DNA from: Folioceros fuciformis
Lineage: Eukaryota
Assembly: GCA_049999805.1 (NCBI GenBank)
Contig: JBNGIO010006119.1
Coordinates: 40,770-104,769 of the forward strand
Length of the DNA stretch: 64,000 bases
Reading direction: 5' to 3'
Numbering within the stretch: the first letter of the stretch is position 1; each line of letters opens with the position of its first letter. The notes beneath the pieces are model-generated. The model saw only the letters and a list, made by a program, of their open reading frames with translations, had not been told where the DNA came from and made no database searches. The translations under genes were made by a program, and so were the position numbers. Of the stretch, positions 37,700 to 49,721 are shown piece after piece.

Positions 37700-38800
37700 G
37701 CTTGTGGTCTAGTTTGAAAGGTTAGGATGAAATCTATACTACTTGTTAAGTATGTGTGGAGTTATGTAGATGGATCCATCCCATAACCACCTACCACAAC
37801 AACAAAGGGAGGGAAGGATATATCGGCACATGCCGATATATCCTTCCCTCCCTTTGTATAACAATGTATGTATAACACTTGTTATTAATGGTCTCTCTGA
37901 AGATCTTCTTCATGACGTGGAATCCCTCATCAAACCAAGTGAGATATAGGAACAACTTGTGAACACCTATCAAGTATACAATGTTATGACTTTGTGTGCT
38001 CTTCAATTGAAATTCTATGGACTCAAGATAAAAGAGGGGGATAGGGTGCTATCACATACCAATAAATTCTACCTTCTCCAAGCTTAGATTGCTGCTATAG
38101 TCACCAAGATGGAAGAGATCGATGTAGTGGCCCTGTTGCTTACAAGTCTTCGGAATCCTCCTAGCTACTAGAATTTTGTGTCTTCTTATAATACTCCCAC
38201 CATGACAGCCACCACAAATGTTGCTGGACACACCTCCACACTCACCCTTGACAAGGTGATTGATGCATTATACCAAGAAGAGCGAAGTAGTATCATGTCA
38301 AAGTGTGGACTCAAGTCCAAAGTTGATAGAGTGTGTTCTCTGCTTCCCGTAGTAGACCATTCTGAAGGGACAAGCCAAGAAACTCGCAAGGGCCATGAAG
38401 TAGATTCTTCCACCATTAAACATAAAAGGCATGTGTAATTGGTACAATATCCTTGCCCATTGGGTGAAGGAGTCTTACAAAAAGAAAGATGAAAAGCCCT
38501 ATAAGGTTCTCAAAACTGCAACAACTACCACTATTAGGAACAAATCCTCAGTTGGAGACTCTTATAAACTTGTGGTAAAAACATAAATTGCTTGCCTTAC
38601 CTCATCAACTTATGACAAGTTGTTTTGGTTTCTTGACTCTAGAGCCACAACACACACATATTGGGATGAGTCCTTCTTCACTAGTTTGCAACTCATATCA
38701 AGTGTGGTGGTGATAAGTTTACCCTCAATCCTTGGTCAAGGTTATTACAATTTCAAGTTGTGAGACGAGACTATCCTTACCTTACTTGATGTCCTTCATG
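37700..38800 (+). mobile_element. Degenerate Ty1/copia gag-protease remnant
   Basis: VWSYVDGSIP; IDVVALLLTSL..SY.NFVSS; LTLDKVIDALYQEER; decayed zinc knuckle; FWFLDSRATTH (W.LDSGAT.H protease site). Confidence 0.75.
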
Positions 38801-39495
38801 GTAACCCTATGTATAATAGCATACCTCTCGTTATGCCCATCGGTGTTTGGTTTTTATGCTCAGTAACACCACTTTGTTTCTGCATGTAACGAAACCAAAC
38901 TGACATATGAGTTACCAGAGGCAAAACCTCTCAAAGCAATTGCTATTTGCTTATCTACACATAGAATCCAATGAGCAATAGAACTCAAACTAGGAATTTC
39001 TTGTGGCATTAAATTGTCTCAAACCAGGAAGCAAATGTAGCTAAATGAATTGGGTGTGAACCTAACAAACCTTGAGAATCCTTGTGGATTAGAATGAGCT
39101 ACAAAGCCCCTTTCTAGAGGCCACAAATCTTTAACTTTAGGCCTAATGTGAAACTCCCATGAGTGCTTTCTATACACAAGGTAGGAGGTATTTGACCCAT
39201 AGTACAAATATTGCAAGAAGGTCATTGATTACAGAAGATATTCCTTGCATATCCTCCTCCATACTTGTTGAAAGTGTAGAAATTATGGATTCGACAACAT
39301 TGTGAGCACAGAGGTTTGCACAGAAACCCAAGTTTTCCATGGTGCTAATTGTCGAGAATGAGCCCTGCATAGAGGAGTGTTGGTCATGTCGTCTATGTGA
39401 TAATCGACGATGTAAAATGTGCTAATGCAATTTTTGGGCACATGGAATCCACCCAAAACACAACGAAGCAGGAGCAAGAGGAGCGGAGTGGGAGC

Positions 39496-39600
39496 AAGTT
39501 GCGGCGAGGAGCGGGAGTAGGTTACGGCGAGGAGGGGGAGTAGGTTACGGCGAGGAGCGGGAGTAGGTTACGGCGAGGAGTAGGAGCAGGTTACGACGGG
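39496..39600. repeat. 23-bp tandem repeat x4.5
   Basis: (AGGTTACGGCGAGGAGCGGGAGT)n. Confidence 0.9.
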
Positions 39601-40029
39601 GCCGTAGGGGCCCGTGGCCGTAGAGGCTTGTGGCTGTAAAGGCGGGGGTGCAAGGCCCTGTAGGCCCCGTGGCTCGTGGGCGCCCGATGGCCCTCTCTGG
39701 GGCCGGGCTTCTTGTGGGGCCGGTCCAGGCTTGGCAACGGGGCAAGGTTTGGCAGACCTAAGGGGTTTGTCGCACTCCAATTTGCAATCCTCTGGTCCAG
39801 GTGGAGTTAGGTTTGGTGGATCTTTCGTCCTTTTTGTTATTTTCTTTGTGTTATGGTTTCTTATGGGATTCGAAATTTCTGATTGGCCTAGAGATTTTTG
39901 GAGACCTTTAGTTCCACAGTATTTTTGCGTTTTGGTATTTGGGGCTGGAAGCGAGAATTATGTAGATAGGTTGGAGCTGACAAGATGTTTACTATTGGTC
40001 TCTCTATGGCATTCTAATTTTGTTCACTT

Positions 40030-43000
40030 ATGGCTCCTCATTCTTCCACGCCACCCAAGGATACCCCGTGTCCCATATGCAACAATTTGTTCAAAGGGGT
40101 GATGGGGGTACGGTGTCACTTAGTTAAAGCACACAAGGACTTTGATCGGACTCTTTAGGAGCTACAGGTCATGGGTGCTTCTTCCATTGCTGCTACTCCT
40201 TCAACTTCTCCTCCGAGTGGGCCCCTTGCTCCCTCGCAGGAATCTTGGTTGTGGTTGCAAGTGCAAGCTCCCCATCTTCTGGCCCTTTATAAGACCCGTC
40301 TTCTGGAGCCACGTTTGTTTCAACATCTCCCTAGGTGTTTGCATGACGATGTTCGTCTTGCATACAAGTTGCCATTGGAGCGCCTTACTTCGGACCCCAG
40401 GAATGAGGTAGCATGGACATTGTTCTTCTTTTTTCCCAGGTGGTGCCTTCGTTGTTCCAGGAGCGGCCTTTTGTATCACAAAAAAGTGGCGTCCTGCCTT
40501 CGTCGGTTCTAGGTTGGGGATTGGGAGGCTTTCCAAGTGGAGGTAGGCTGCGCCGTGAGATCAAGGTTGGAGTCCGCCAAATTAGATCAGGTTCATCAAA
40601 ATCCCTCGAAGGCGAGTCTCAAGAGATGTCTGTTACTTGGTCGGGCGGGGGAGTTTGCTAGAGCCACCAGGGCCCTTCGACCGGAGCAAGTGGCATCGCC
40701 CTCGGAGGAGACCATCGCCACCCTTCGTGCTTTGCGTCTAGGCCCGGGTGATCCCATCCCTCAGGAGGTTCTACAATTTTTGCCCGAGCAACCTTTTTGC
40801 CTTGATCGGGTTGTATTCGGTCAAGCTCTCGTCACCGCACCAAGACTTTCTTCTGGTGGCCTATCCGGGACGGTCTCTGATCACCTCTGGGACTACTTTG
40901 CTCCGGAGGACCCTTCTAGTGGCTTCTCTAAGCTTTTTTCCTTAGTGGCTCCTATGGTGCGGGGTGAGACTCCCCCTCGAATTGCTATGGTTCTAGGCAC
41001 AAGCAAGCTATTGGCTTTGGAGAAACCCACCCCGGGAGTGTGCCCCATCGCAGTGGGCGAGGTGTTCTTGCAGCTCATTAGCCGCAACATTGCTCTCCAG
41101 CTCAGAGGGTAGCTTGAAGCCCACTTCAGCCCCCACCAATTCAGGAGTGCTACTCTGAGGGCTGTGAGACGATGGCCTTTTGGGTTTGAGTGGTCTTGGA
41201 ATTGCATCTAGATTGGGTTGCCTTGCAAGTTGATGTGGAGAATGCCTTCAATACCGTCTCTAGGGGTCGTTATTTTCAACGAGCTAGAGATTGTTGGGGT
41301 CTTTTGGAGTCTATTATCCCCTTCGTCCGCTCCTTCTATGATGCTCCGTCTAATCTTTACTTTCAACATAGGCCCATAGTGGAGGAGGTCTCAATGATCA
41401 ACTCGGCAACAGGTACACGCTAGGGGATCCCTTAGGAGGGGCTCTCTTTACTATGGCTCACTTCAGAGCCCTTTCAATTACCGCTTCTATCGTAGGGGGT
41501 TGTCTCTTCCCATATGTGACCGATGACACCCATTTCTTGGGTCTAGGGGATAAGGTTAAAGGAAGCCTTTGAGCTTTTCTCAAAAGAGCTCTTACGCTTA
41601 GGCCTAAAAGTCAAGATTTCCAAGTGTAAGATTTGGTCTCTATCTAGTATTACTCCATCTCTACAATTTCCATAGGGGAACATTGATTCTCCGTTGGGGA
41701 TCCATGTCCTGGGGGTCCTCGTTGGCCCCCCCCCCGACTTCATCTGCGAATTTGTGGATGCAGCTTTGACGGAGGATTTGGTGCACATTGAGGACCTTTA
41801 TCAGCTTGGGGACCCACATGTGACCTATGGCATCCTCTCCACCTGCTTTGCGCGACGCCTTGAGTACCTCATCCGCACGGTGCTCCCATCCCCAGATTTT
41901 CTTTTCAAACTAAGGGACTTCGACAAGTAGGTATTAAAAGAATTAGGGGACGGCGCCAACTGCTTTTCTTGGAAGTTGGGCGCTCTCTATCCCAGCTTTA
42001 GTGACTCGCTTCTCCATCAGACTCAGGCGTTTTGGAGGGTTTTGTCACAGGAGTTGAGGAGGGGCCATTCCCCCTCTAGGAGTCCCTTAGGAGGGCCTGG
42101 GATCTCTTATCCTCAAAAGCTAGATTGGTCATGCCTTCGTTTTCCTCCTTCCTATATGGGGGTATGAGGGGCTTCAAGCCACCCTTGTGGAAAAGCATTA
42201 TGGGTAAGAGTTGCAAGCCCTCATGTTAGATTTCTCCATTGACAAGCAGGCTCAGGCACGCCTTCGATCTTGTTCAGGGAAGGGCGTTGGCTCATGGCTG
42301 TTGGCCCGGCCATGCGTCCAGGCTTTTCGAATCATACCAGCTTCTTTCTCTACCGCGATGAGGTTCCGTCTTGGCTTGGTCTAGCCGTTGGCTTGGTCTC
42401 TCTCTTCTTGTGGCTGTGGGGTCTCCCTCGATGGGAGCCACCTGGCGCATTGCCTTATTAGCGGGCAGCGCATCTCCACCCATAGTGTAGTGAGGGACGT
42501 TATGTTTTCTTTGGCCAAGAAGGGTGGCTTCTTCCCCTACAAGGAGTGCCTATATACCTTGCTAAACGGCGTCTCCCTCATTGCAGACCTTTTCTTGACC
42601 AAGGAGGACCAAGTTTCTGTAGTGGATGTGGTGGTCACAAACCCCACTCGGACAACCATCAGCAAGCACATCATTATCAATCTCTGGGTTGGGAGGTAGA
42701 AGGAAGCACGATAAGAAGGACTTGCAAGTACAGGCCCATGCAGCAGGGTCACTTGTTCATCCCTCTTGCTATTGAAACGCATGGGGCCATGAGTAAGGAT
42801 TTTTCCAAGTTTTTGAAGACATGTGCGAAGGCCCATCACATCAGCGGGAGTAGTGTAGGGCTTCCTGTATCCAGCGTGGTGGCATTTTTGCGACAACGGG
42901 TTTCAATTGCGCTACAAAAGGACTTGGCAAACGCGATTTTTTAGACAACATCAAGCGCGGTGGATGCAGCTTGAGCTGCCTTGGTGGAAAGTAGGCCATA

Positions 43001-43130
43001 CCTCATACATGAATGTGACATCTTAGGGGCAATAGGGAGTTACAGGCTAAACGAACGAGGGAGTTAAGCCCCCATTCTTGGCTTTTCCCCATTGCAGTTG
43101 TTCCCCTTTGTCACAGGGTAAATAAAACTT
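40030..43130 (+). mobile_element. Nearly full-length degenerate RLE-type (CRE-like) non-LTR retrotransposon
   Basis: Single decayed ORF from ATG 40030: C2H2 finger CPICNNLFKGVMGVRCHLVKAH; FFPRWCL..RRF.GDW; RT motifs PIAVGEV, QF..A, DVENAFNTVSR, GTR*GDPLGGALF, VTDDTHFLG, GIHVLG; CCHC knuckle CGCG..HLAHC..R..H..VRD; RLE motifs ADL..VDVVV..KY..FIPLAIETHG. AATAAA at ~43121. Confidence 0.85.
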
Positions 43131-43816
43131 TCATCTCATTTTTTTCCTATAAAGTCTTCTTGTTCCCATTTTTTTGGCATTGGTAACCCTCCTTACCAAA
43201 ACCCTACGATGCCCGGTCCCCGATTTGTTAAACGTCTAAACAGGAGACTGTCCGAATCCAGGCCCGGGAACTTACGGGCCTGGGTTGCGGGCTCGGGCCA
43301 AACCGCCCTTGGGGTGGGGCGACTTCACCTATAGAATGCAAGCCTGAAGAGGGCAGGGACGGAGAAAGAGACCAGAAAAGAAGAGAATAAGACAGAGGAA
43401 GATTTTATTGAAGGCGGCCCTCCCCTCGCCCATTTGCTTTTCAACAAAATCTGTATCTTTTCATGAGGAAAAAGGAGTTGCCACCGAGGCATTGATTGTA
43501 ATTACTTTACATTGGTTGCAAGGAGCCGCGTCCCGCCTTCGGGACGCGCAAAGCAGGCCCGTCGGAGCGTCTGTTGGCGCCGTGCTACTGGGCGGGCTCC
43601 ATCTGGATTTGTTTGTGTATGATGCGTGTAACGATGTGCTTTGCGTGACTGATGTGTTTGGATCCCTGCGGTATGGGCAGCTCTCATTTTGTAGCAGCAA
43701 AGCAGCCCTTGTTCTTCAGCTTGGAACAGCGGAAGCGGAAGGATCTAAAGCTAGGGGAGGGATGACCGTGGCCGTGGGATCGCTTGGCGTGGAAGGTGCA
43801 GCATCCGGTTTCTACC

Positions 43817-44923
43817 ATGCATTCTTTTGGTATCCTGAGACGTAATACGGCATCAGCTTCTCCTGCTGTCCCGATCGCTGCTGATGCACGTGGTAGGCAG
43901 GATCCTCATGCCCTACTTCTCGATCTCGAGCGCTCCATTGCGTGCCTCGAGCTGGCTCGTGCCAGTGCGCAGCTGGCGGCTCTGTCCAAGTTCGCCGAGT
44001 CTCAGCCGCAGGTCACATCGAATGGGACCGCAATTGGCTCCAAACCCCAAGCGCCGCTGCCAGCAGCCCACGGATCAAGTGCAGGAGGTGCGAGATCTGA
44101 TGCTGCTGTGGAGAAGGAGGTTGATGGAATTCAGGAATCGAAGAGGAAATCTGATGCTGCTGAGGAGACGAAGGTCGGCGAAATTCAGGAACTGGAGAAG
44201 TCTGCCCTGGATCGGGCAAGACCGTCTGTCACTGGTGGTCAACCCAGGGTTCAGATTGCGTGGACGGCGATGGATGTCCTGGGAGAGGATAGGGGATCTG
44301 CGGTGGAAGTCATTCATCGGAGAAGGATCGCCGGCAAGGGTAAACCTACGGCAGATTCGATCCCTCGTCCGGTAGCATCGGGGCCTGCTATCGAAAATGG
44401 CAGGGTCGAACAGGGACAGGTGAAGAATTACGATAAAAGTTTGGCAGATCGAGAGTTTGCGGCCGGGATCTCTGCTCTATCCGGCCAGATGCCGGAGCAA
44501 GCCCTGAAACATCTGCGCCTGGCCCTTTCAGCGTGCCCTTCAGACGAACAGGGGGCTATTCGTAAGATTCAAACCATGATCGAGGGCGCAGAGGATCTGC
44601 TCCGGAAGAAGACGGTGACTGAAACAGGTGCTGCCACGAAATCCCTTATACAGGTCGGGTCCTTCACTTCAACTGCGGGGCGGGCCGTGCGGCAGGAAGG
44701 CTTTCAGGGTCAACCGCATATGAAGGTCTTACAGGTTGGAGATATGGAGGCAGCGGACAATGCGTTCAGAGCTGGGGTGACCGCTCTGGAGAAGGGTGAA
44801 CCTGCCAAAGCTTTGGACTGTTTGGAGAGGGCTGCTAGATTTTGTCCCGTGGACAGGACTGCTGCATCTTCTAAAATCCAGCTTCTCGTTTCTCAGGCTC
44901 TGTTTGAGCTAAGGCAAGGTTAA
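43817..44923 (+). CDS. Hypothetical protein with two TPR-like helical-hairpin repeats
   Basis: Single ORF with repeats ADREFAAGISAL..ALKHLRLALSACPSD..AIRKIQ and ADNAFRAGVTAL..ALDCLERAARFCPVD..ASSKIQ. Start codon uncertain. Confidence 0.7.
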   Translation: MHSFGILRRNTASASPAVPIAADARGRQDPHALLLDLERSIACLELARASAQLAALSKFAESQPQVTSNGTAIGSKPQAPLPAAHGSSAGGARSDAAVEKEVDGIQESKRKSDAAEETKVGEIQELEKSALDRARPSVTGGQPRVQIAWTAMDVLGEDRGSAVEVIHRRRIAGKGKPTADSIPRPVASGPAIENGRVEQGQVKNYDKSLADREFAAGISALSGQMPEQALKHLRLALSACPSDEQGAIRKIQTMIEGAEDLLRKKTVTETGAATKSLIQVGSFTSTAGRAVRQEGFQGQPHMKVLQVGDMEAADNAFRAGVTALEKGEPAKALDCLERAARFCPVDRTAASSKIQLLVSQALFELRQG

Positions 44924-45836
44924 CTGATGGGCAGCTGGCATTCCCACTTCCCGACAAGAGCTCGCCATTCTCCAAGGTATGGACTGTCAGCAGACCATAG
45001 TGTATTTGTTTCTTAGGTGCCTTTGACAAAACGAAGACCGTCAAAAAGTAATTTTCTGTCGTCGTGGCAGGATTCAAAGATTGGTAGCTTGTGTTCAAAG
45101 CTGTGCTCGAGGATGCAACAATCATCCCAAACACTGTCCAGAGCGTGGTGCAGTTTCTTTTTTGCCCTGAGGTATGTATGTCACACGCTGCAGATTGAGA
45201 GTTGATATGTTTCGTATATTCTTGGTTTTAACTTCGTTTGTATTTGCAGCGGTTGTTTGGGCCCTTCGTTCTCACGCTGCTCGTCGAGAGTGGCACTCGT
45301 ATTGGTATCATATTGTATGTAAATTATCTTGTCATTACGTGGACATCACATGCTGTCTTTTCCACGTTTCGTCCTTATTTCCAGCCTGGCCACTGAGTTT
45401 CTCTCAAGAAACTGTTTGATAACGTCATCACTGGACGTAGAATGTCGTCGCTGCACCCATTTTGGGCATCTCCTGTGCGCTGTCTTTGTACATGCATCAA
45501 CTTCGGCGATCGCTGCGTGAGTCGCAACGACGGGGCAGATTTTCCACAGGTTGCCTTTGCTAAGGACGGTTACCAACAAATTCAGAAGTGTTTCAGATGT
45601 GGCCTACGGATAAGTGTTTCATGCATGGCCTGGAGAACATCACCAGCATCATGCGCAACACAACACCTGATTGCAAAGTTTGTACTTAACAGAGAACGGA
45701 AAAGGTAGGCCAGGTAGGCCATAAGTGTCAGGGCTACGCATAAATGCCTAATTTGAAACGTCAGCCAAGCCTAGTAAAGAGGACTATGTAGGAAGAGCCG
45801 CAGAAACACCGAATAGAAGCGAATCGAAGGGACTAA

Positions 45837-47096
45837 TCAAGCGCACTGCAGACTGGTAACAAAGAAAACTCCGTCCTTGGTGCCCTGGTCTTGGTTGATG
45901 AGGACGTCACAGCTGACGCTGGTTTCAAACTTAGGCTTGATGAACTTCCAAAGCACCTGGGAACTGGAACGAATCGCCCCCACAAGCTTGAACGGCATGT
46001 CCTGGCCTGAGTCTTCCAGAGCTTGTAACGAAGCTCCGGCCCCGTGGATGCTGTTGTGGAAGGATTGCACCACCACCTCTTTATTCACCTTGTTCCGTTT
46101 GCCTTGCCTGAAACCCGGAGTCTGCGATGGGGAGAGTGTCAGCATTGCTTAAAGGAAGAGACGCAGCCACGAGTGACAGACATGATGACATGCTCACCTG
46201 CCCATCTGCCACGTCCAGCTGTAGAAAGAAGAATTGCAACACGAGAGTGTTGTAGTCCATCTTCACATAACTGGATGGGTTATGCAAGGTGAGGATAACT
46301 GTAGAATTCATGGTCAAGAGAGTTGAAGGCACCCCGCTGGGATCGGTGCCTGGACCCAAGTTGAACTGCTGGATGCTCATGCTCTGCGTCAACCCGACCC
46401 ACAAGTCGGCAATATGCTTTCGCGCAAACAAAACGAGTCCCAGCCATAACGATCACGTACCTTGACAGACACTTGCGGGGCCTTAGGCCTCGTGATCAAC
46501 CACAAGATGAACACGGCCAGAAAGAAGAGCAGCAGCACGAGGAGCACCCAAAGCGCATACACATAGATCCGCTTCAGCGGCTTGGCAGGTGGCTCCTGCT
46601 CCTCCTCCTCAATGGACGTGACCGCCGGGTTCCATTGCACATACCCTTTCTTGGAGACAGAGGAGCTGTAGCCCGGCTGCGGAAGAACCCGCCTCGACCC
46701 AGGCTTGTGCGAACTGCTGGGCAGGCCATTCACATCATACGACTGCGCATTGAAAGACTGCCCATCCGCCTGTGGGGCGAAGTTCCGGGACTCGGACTCG
46801 GAATAAGCAGGAGACGCTCTGACGAAGGATCTATGCAATGGCGAGTCCACAGGGCTGAAATCCTGCGACCGATTCAGCTCCCCAGACCTGGTATCCCTGG
46901 AGCGGCCAGCATCACGCGGACGGCCAAGCTCCTGAGACCGCCCCGGGGTTGGCGTCTCCCCGTAGAAAGAGTCCCGAGAGGGACTCTGCACGAAGTACAC
47001 CGGATGCCGCGGCGACGGAGGCGGCGAGGTCCCCAGACTAAGCCCCTCAGAATCCGTAGACTGGTTATGTCTATTCATCCGCCCGTACCTCGACAT
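45837..47096 (-). CDS. LEA_2 / NDR1-HIN1-like membrane protein
   Basis: TDSE..SPPPSPRHPVYFVQSPSRDS; TM helix; F.LG.GTDPSGVPS.LLTMNS..HNPS; final SCDV..C. Three exons with phase-0 GT-AG introns. Confidence 0.85.
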
Positions 47097-48659
47097 CTTG
47101 CCTCGCTCACCAGACGCGGGCCACCTATCTGCGCTCCTCCGTCCCAACAAAACCCTCACAACACAGTCACGTATCTCCCATCTCCTTCTCGCATCTCCCC
47201 TTCCCCAATGCAAGTGCTGCACTCACCCCGACCCTGCTCCCCTGCCCTGCTCTACCCCATCCCCAAGCATCTAGATCCAAGCTCCCTCCCGCGGACCCGA
47301 GTCTGAATTCCGCATCACAACAGCACAAGGTGAGCGAGCCACACACATGCTGGACCTGCACCAACCACTACCAACCACTACCACCTCCGATCCCTTACCT
47401 GGCCCGACCACTCCACTCCGCGCCCCGGCACGCCACACACACAGACCGACCTGGACCTGCAGCCGTGCTCTTCCCCTCCGCTAGCACTCGCACTCGCACT
47501 CGCACCCGCACCCCAGTCCAGGTCGGAGCAAACAACACCGCTCCCAGCACGGAGCCCTGTCCTGCCAGCCAACGCAGCGGCTGGGCTGCAAGGCAGAGAC
47601 GCTGGTAGGCGCCCTGCTGCAATACCTTCGCCTCGTGCAGACCTGCCTCGCTCCCCCGCCTGTGCTGTGGGCCAGCCAGCGGGAGCCACAAGCTGGAGCC
47701 CGGCTGTCTGGCGCTCTCTTTCCTACCCCTTGCCTCGCAGCGTCGGCAACCGGTCCGCAGCTGCGACCGGTCGGTGGCGCAAACAGGGAGGGAGTTAAGA
47801 GTCCGTTAGGCCATGGAGAGCGGTCGCAGCAGGTGAAAGCTCCTCCAGGCGCGCATTGTAGCTTCTACGGCATGCCGCTCTGATTGGAAGTGGGGCCGGT
47901 AAAGGGAGGGCACTCGAAAGGTAGTGCGTCCGTCCCGGCGTGGGAGGAGGATGGGGCCCGGGCGGGGCCTATCTAGCCCACAAGATCTCTCAATCCCGGG
48001 TCCCCTGGGCCCCGCGGGCCCCGGTCGGTCCCTTTGCCTGCCCGTCCCGGGGCCCAGGTGTAGGCAAGCCTACTAAGCCACTGTAGCCCTCTACTCAGTA
48101 CCCCACCCAACCAGCTCTACCCGCTGCCAACCATGCACTCCAATCATTCTCCCGCCGTACGCTTATACCCTTCTGTCTCCCAACTTTGTATGCATGTATT
48201 ATGTACGTAATTACCATCACGCCACTTACGATTGTACGTACACGTGTACCTCCCGAATGCATTATCTGTCATTGGGCCCGACACCGGACGCCTCCTTTAA
48301 CGGGACGGGGCCCGGAACGGAAACGGAAACGGGAACGAGAACGGGCTTCCTCCCCTAGCCGTCCATGCGAGGCTACGGGGCCTCTTCGTTCTTTCAGCTC
48401 CACCGTCTCGCATGCAAATCTATGGTTGTTAGGCCACATCAACCTGGTTGCAGGCAATGCAGTTCCAAGAATGTGCATCTGCAAGTGTAGTCTTTGTCTT
48501 CCCTTCTTCTCCACTCAACCCTCCACGTTGGGCAACAAAGGTGTGGCATTGGCACCCATTTGCAAGCCGAGCATACCTTCATTCCCCTTGGGCCACGTAT
48601 AAGGCTTTCTCCACGTTTCTTAAAGCCTTGTGGCAAGGCTTCTTACAGCAAGAAGAGCT

Positions 48660-49075
48660 GAGTTGGTCTCATTTTGTGGCCTTCTTTAAAAAGGTCTTCC
48701 TTCAAATGCAAGTAGCTCATAATCTCTAGGTTCAATTGTGCACATTTTTCAGCACGTTTTGAGGCATATGCTGGCGAACTTTTTTTCTTTCCTTCCACCT
48801 TGCCTTTTCAAAGCCATGCAAGGTAGACATTTCCTTCCACCTTGCCTTTTCAAAGCCATGCAAGGTAGACAACCATGGACTTCCCTCATTCCTGCTATAA
48901 GATGCAAGCCTTTACAAGCAAATGAAGAAGGAGAAGCGTGTAAGACTATTGCTACCCTTGCATATCTCTACAAATAGGTCATAATCTATATCAATGGACT
49001 TCATCATCCACCTATCCTGCTCCGCAGTAAGAATAGTATTTGGGTGGTCATGGACACATTGTCAAAAAAAACGCC
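48660..49075 (+). mobile_element. Highly degraded Ty3/gypsy pol remnant
   Basis: VAFFKK (RNase H-like); SISMDFIIHL..KNSIWVVMDTLSK (integrase ISMDFI..VVVDRLSK). Includes a 41-bp tandem duplication at ~48789-48871. Confidence 0.6.
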
Positions 49076-49721
49076 GAATGGCATTTGGCATTCTAGCTTC
49101 AACAAATCTAAGTTAGCTACAAATGTCGTCCACGCACTTCATTCAATTCTCAGGCGATACGCAGGGCTTGGAGACAGAGCGGAGGACACAGAAGGCAAGG
49201 GCCGCTGGGCCCAGCATTGACCGGGCACATGGTTTAGAGGTGCACAACCCCTGGGTCACAGATGAATGCCCTCTGCATCCGCGGGTTTGTCGAACGGGAA
49301 ATTCCGCCGTGGCGGCTCGAAGGCCGTTCCTTTTCTTTTACAACCTTCCGTTTCCAGAAGCACCGAGAGTCAAACGTTGCCCTTGCTCCTGCCTGTCCCT
49401 GGCCCCCGGGTAACCAGTTCCCTCTTCCTCGAAAAGTTACGCCACCGAGAGATGCCAAGGTGCTTTAGACGTGCTGTACTGTACCTAGACACTCACCCGA
49501 GTGCCCTACTAAAGCTCGGTAACAATCCACTCCGAGCCAAAGTGAGGTGCGGACTATTTGAAGGACGCAACGAATGTTTGATGCTCGTCAGCATAGATGC
49601 ACGCATGGGACCGGGTCACTCAGTCTGAATAACGTTCGGAAGCACACCACTAGGGATGCGGGAGCTTGAATCGGGAACTTCTTCGGACATAGCTTTTTTC
49701 TACGCTGGCTCCGCGGGGCGC

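Noticed and set aside
46473..47306. 277-aa Arg/Pro-rich plus-strand ORF
   Set aside because: Antisense shadow of the LEA_2 gene's GC-rich first exon.
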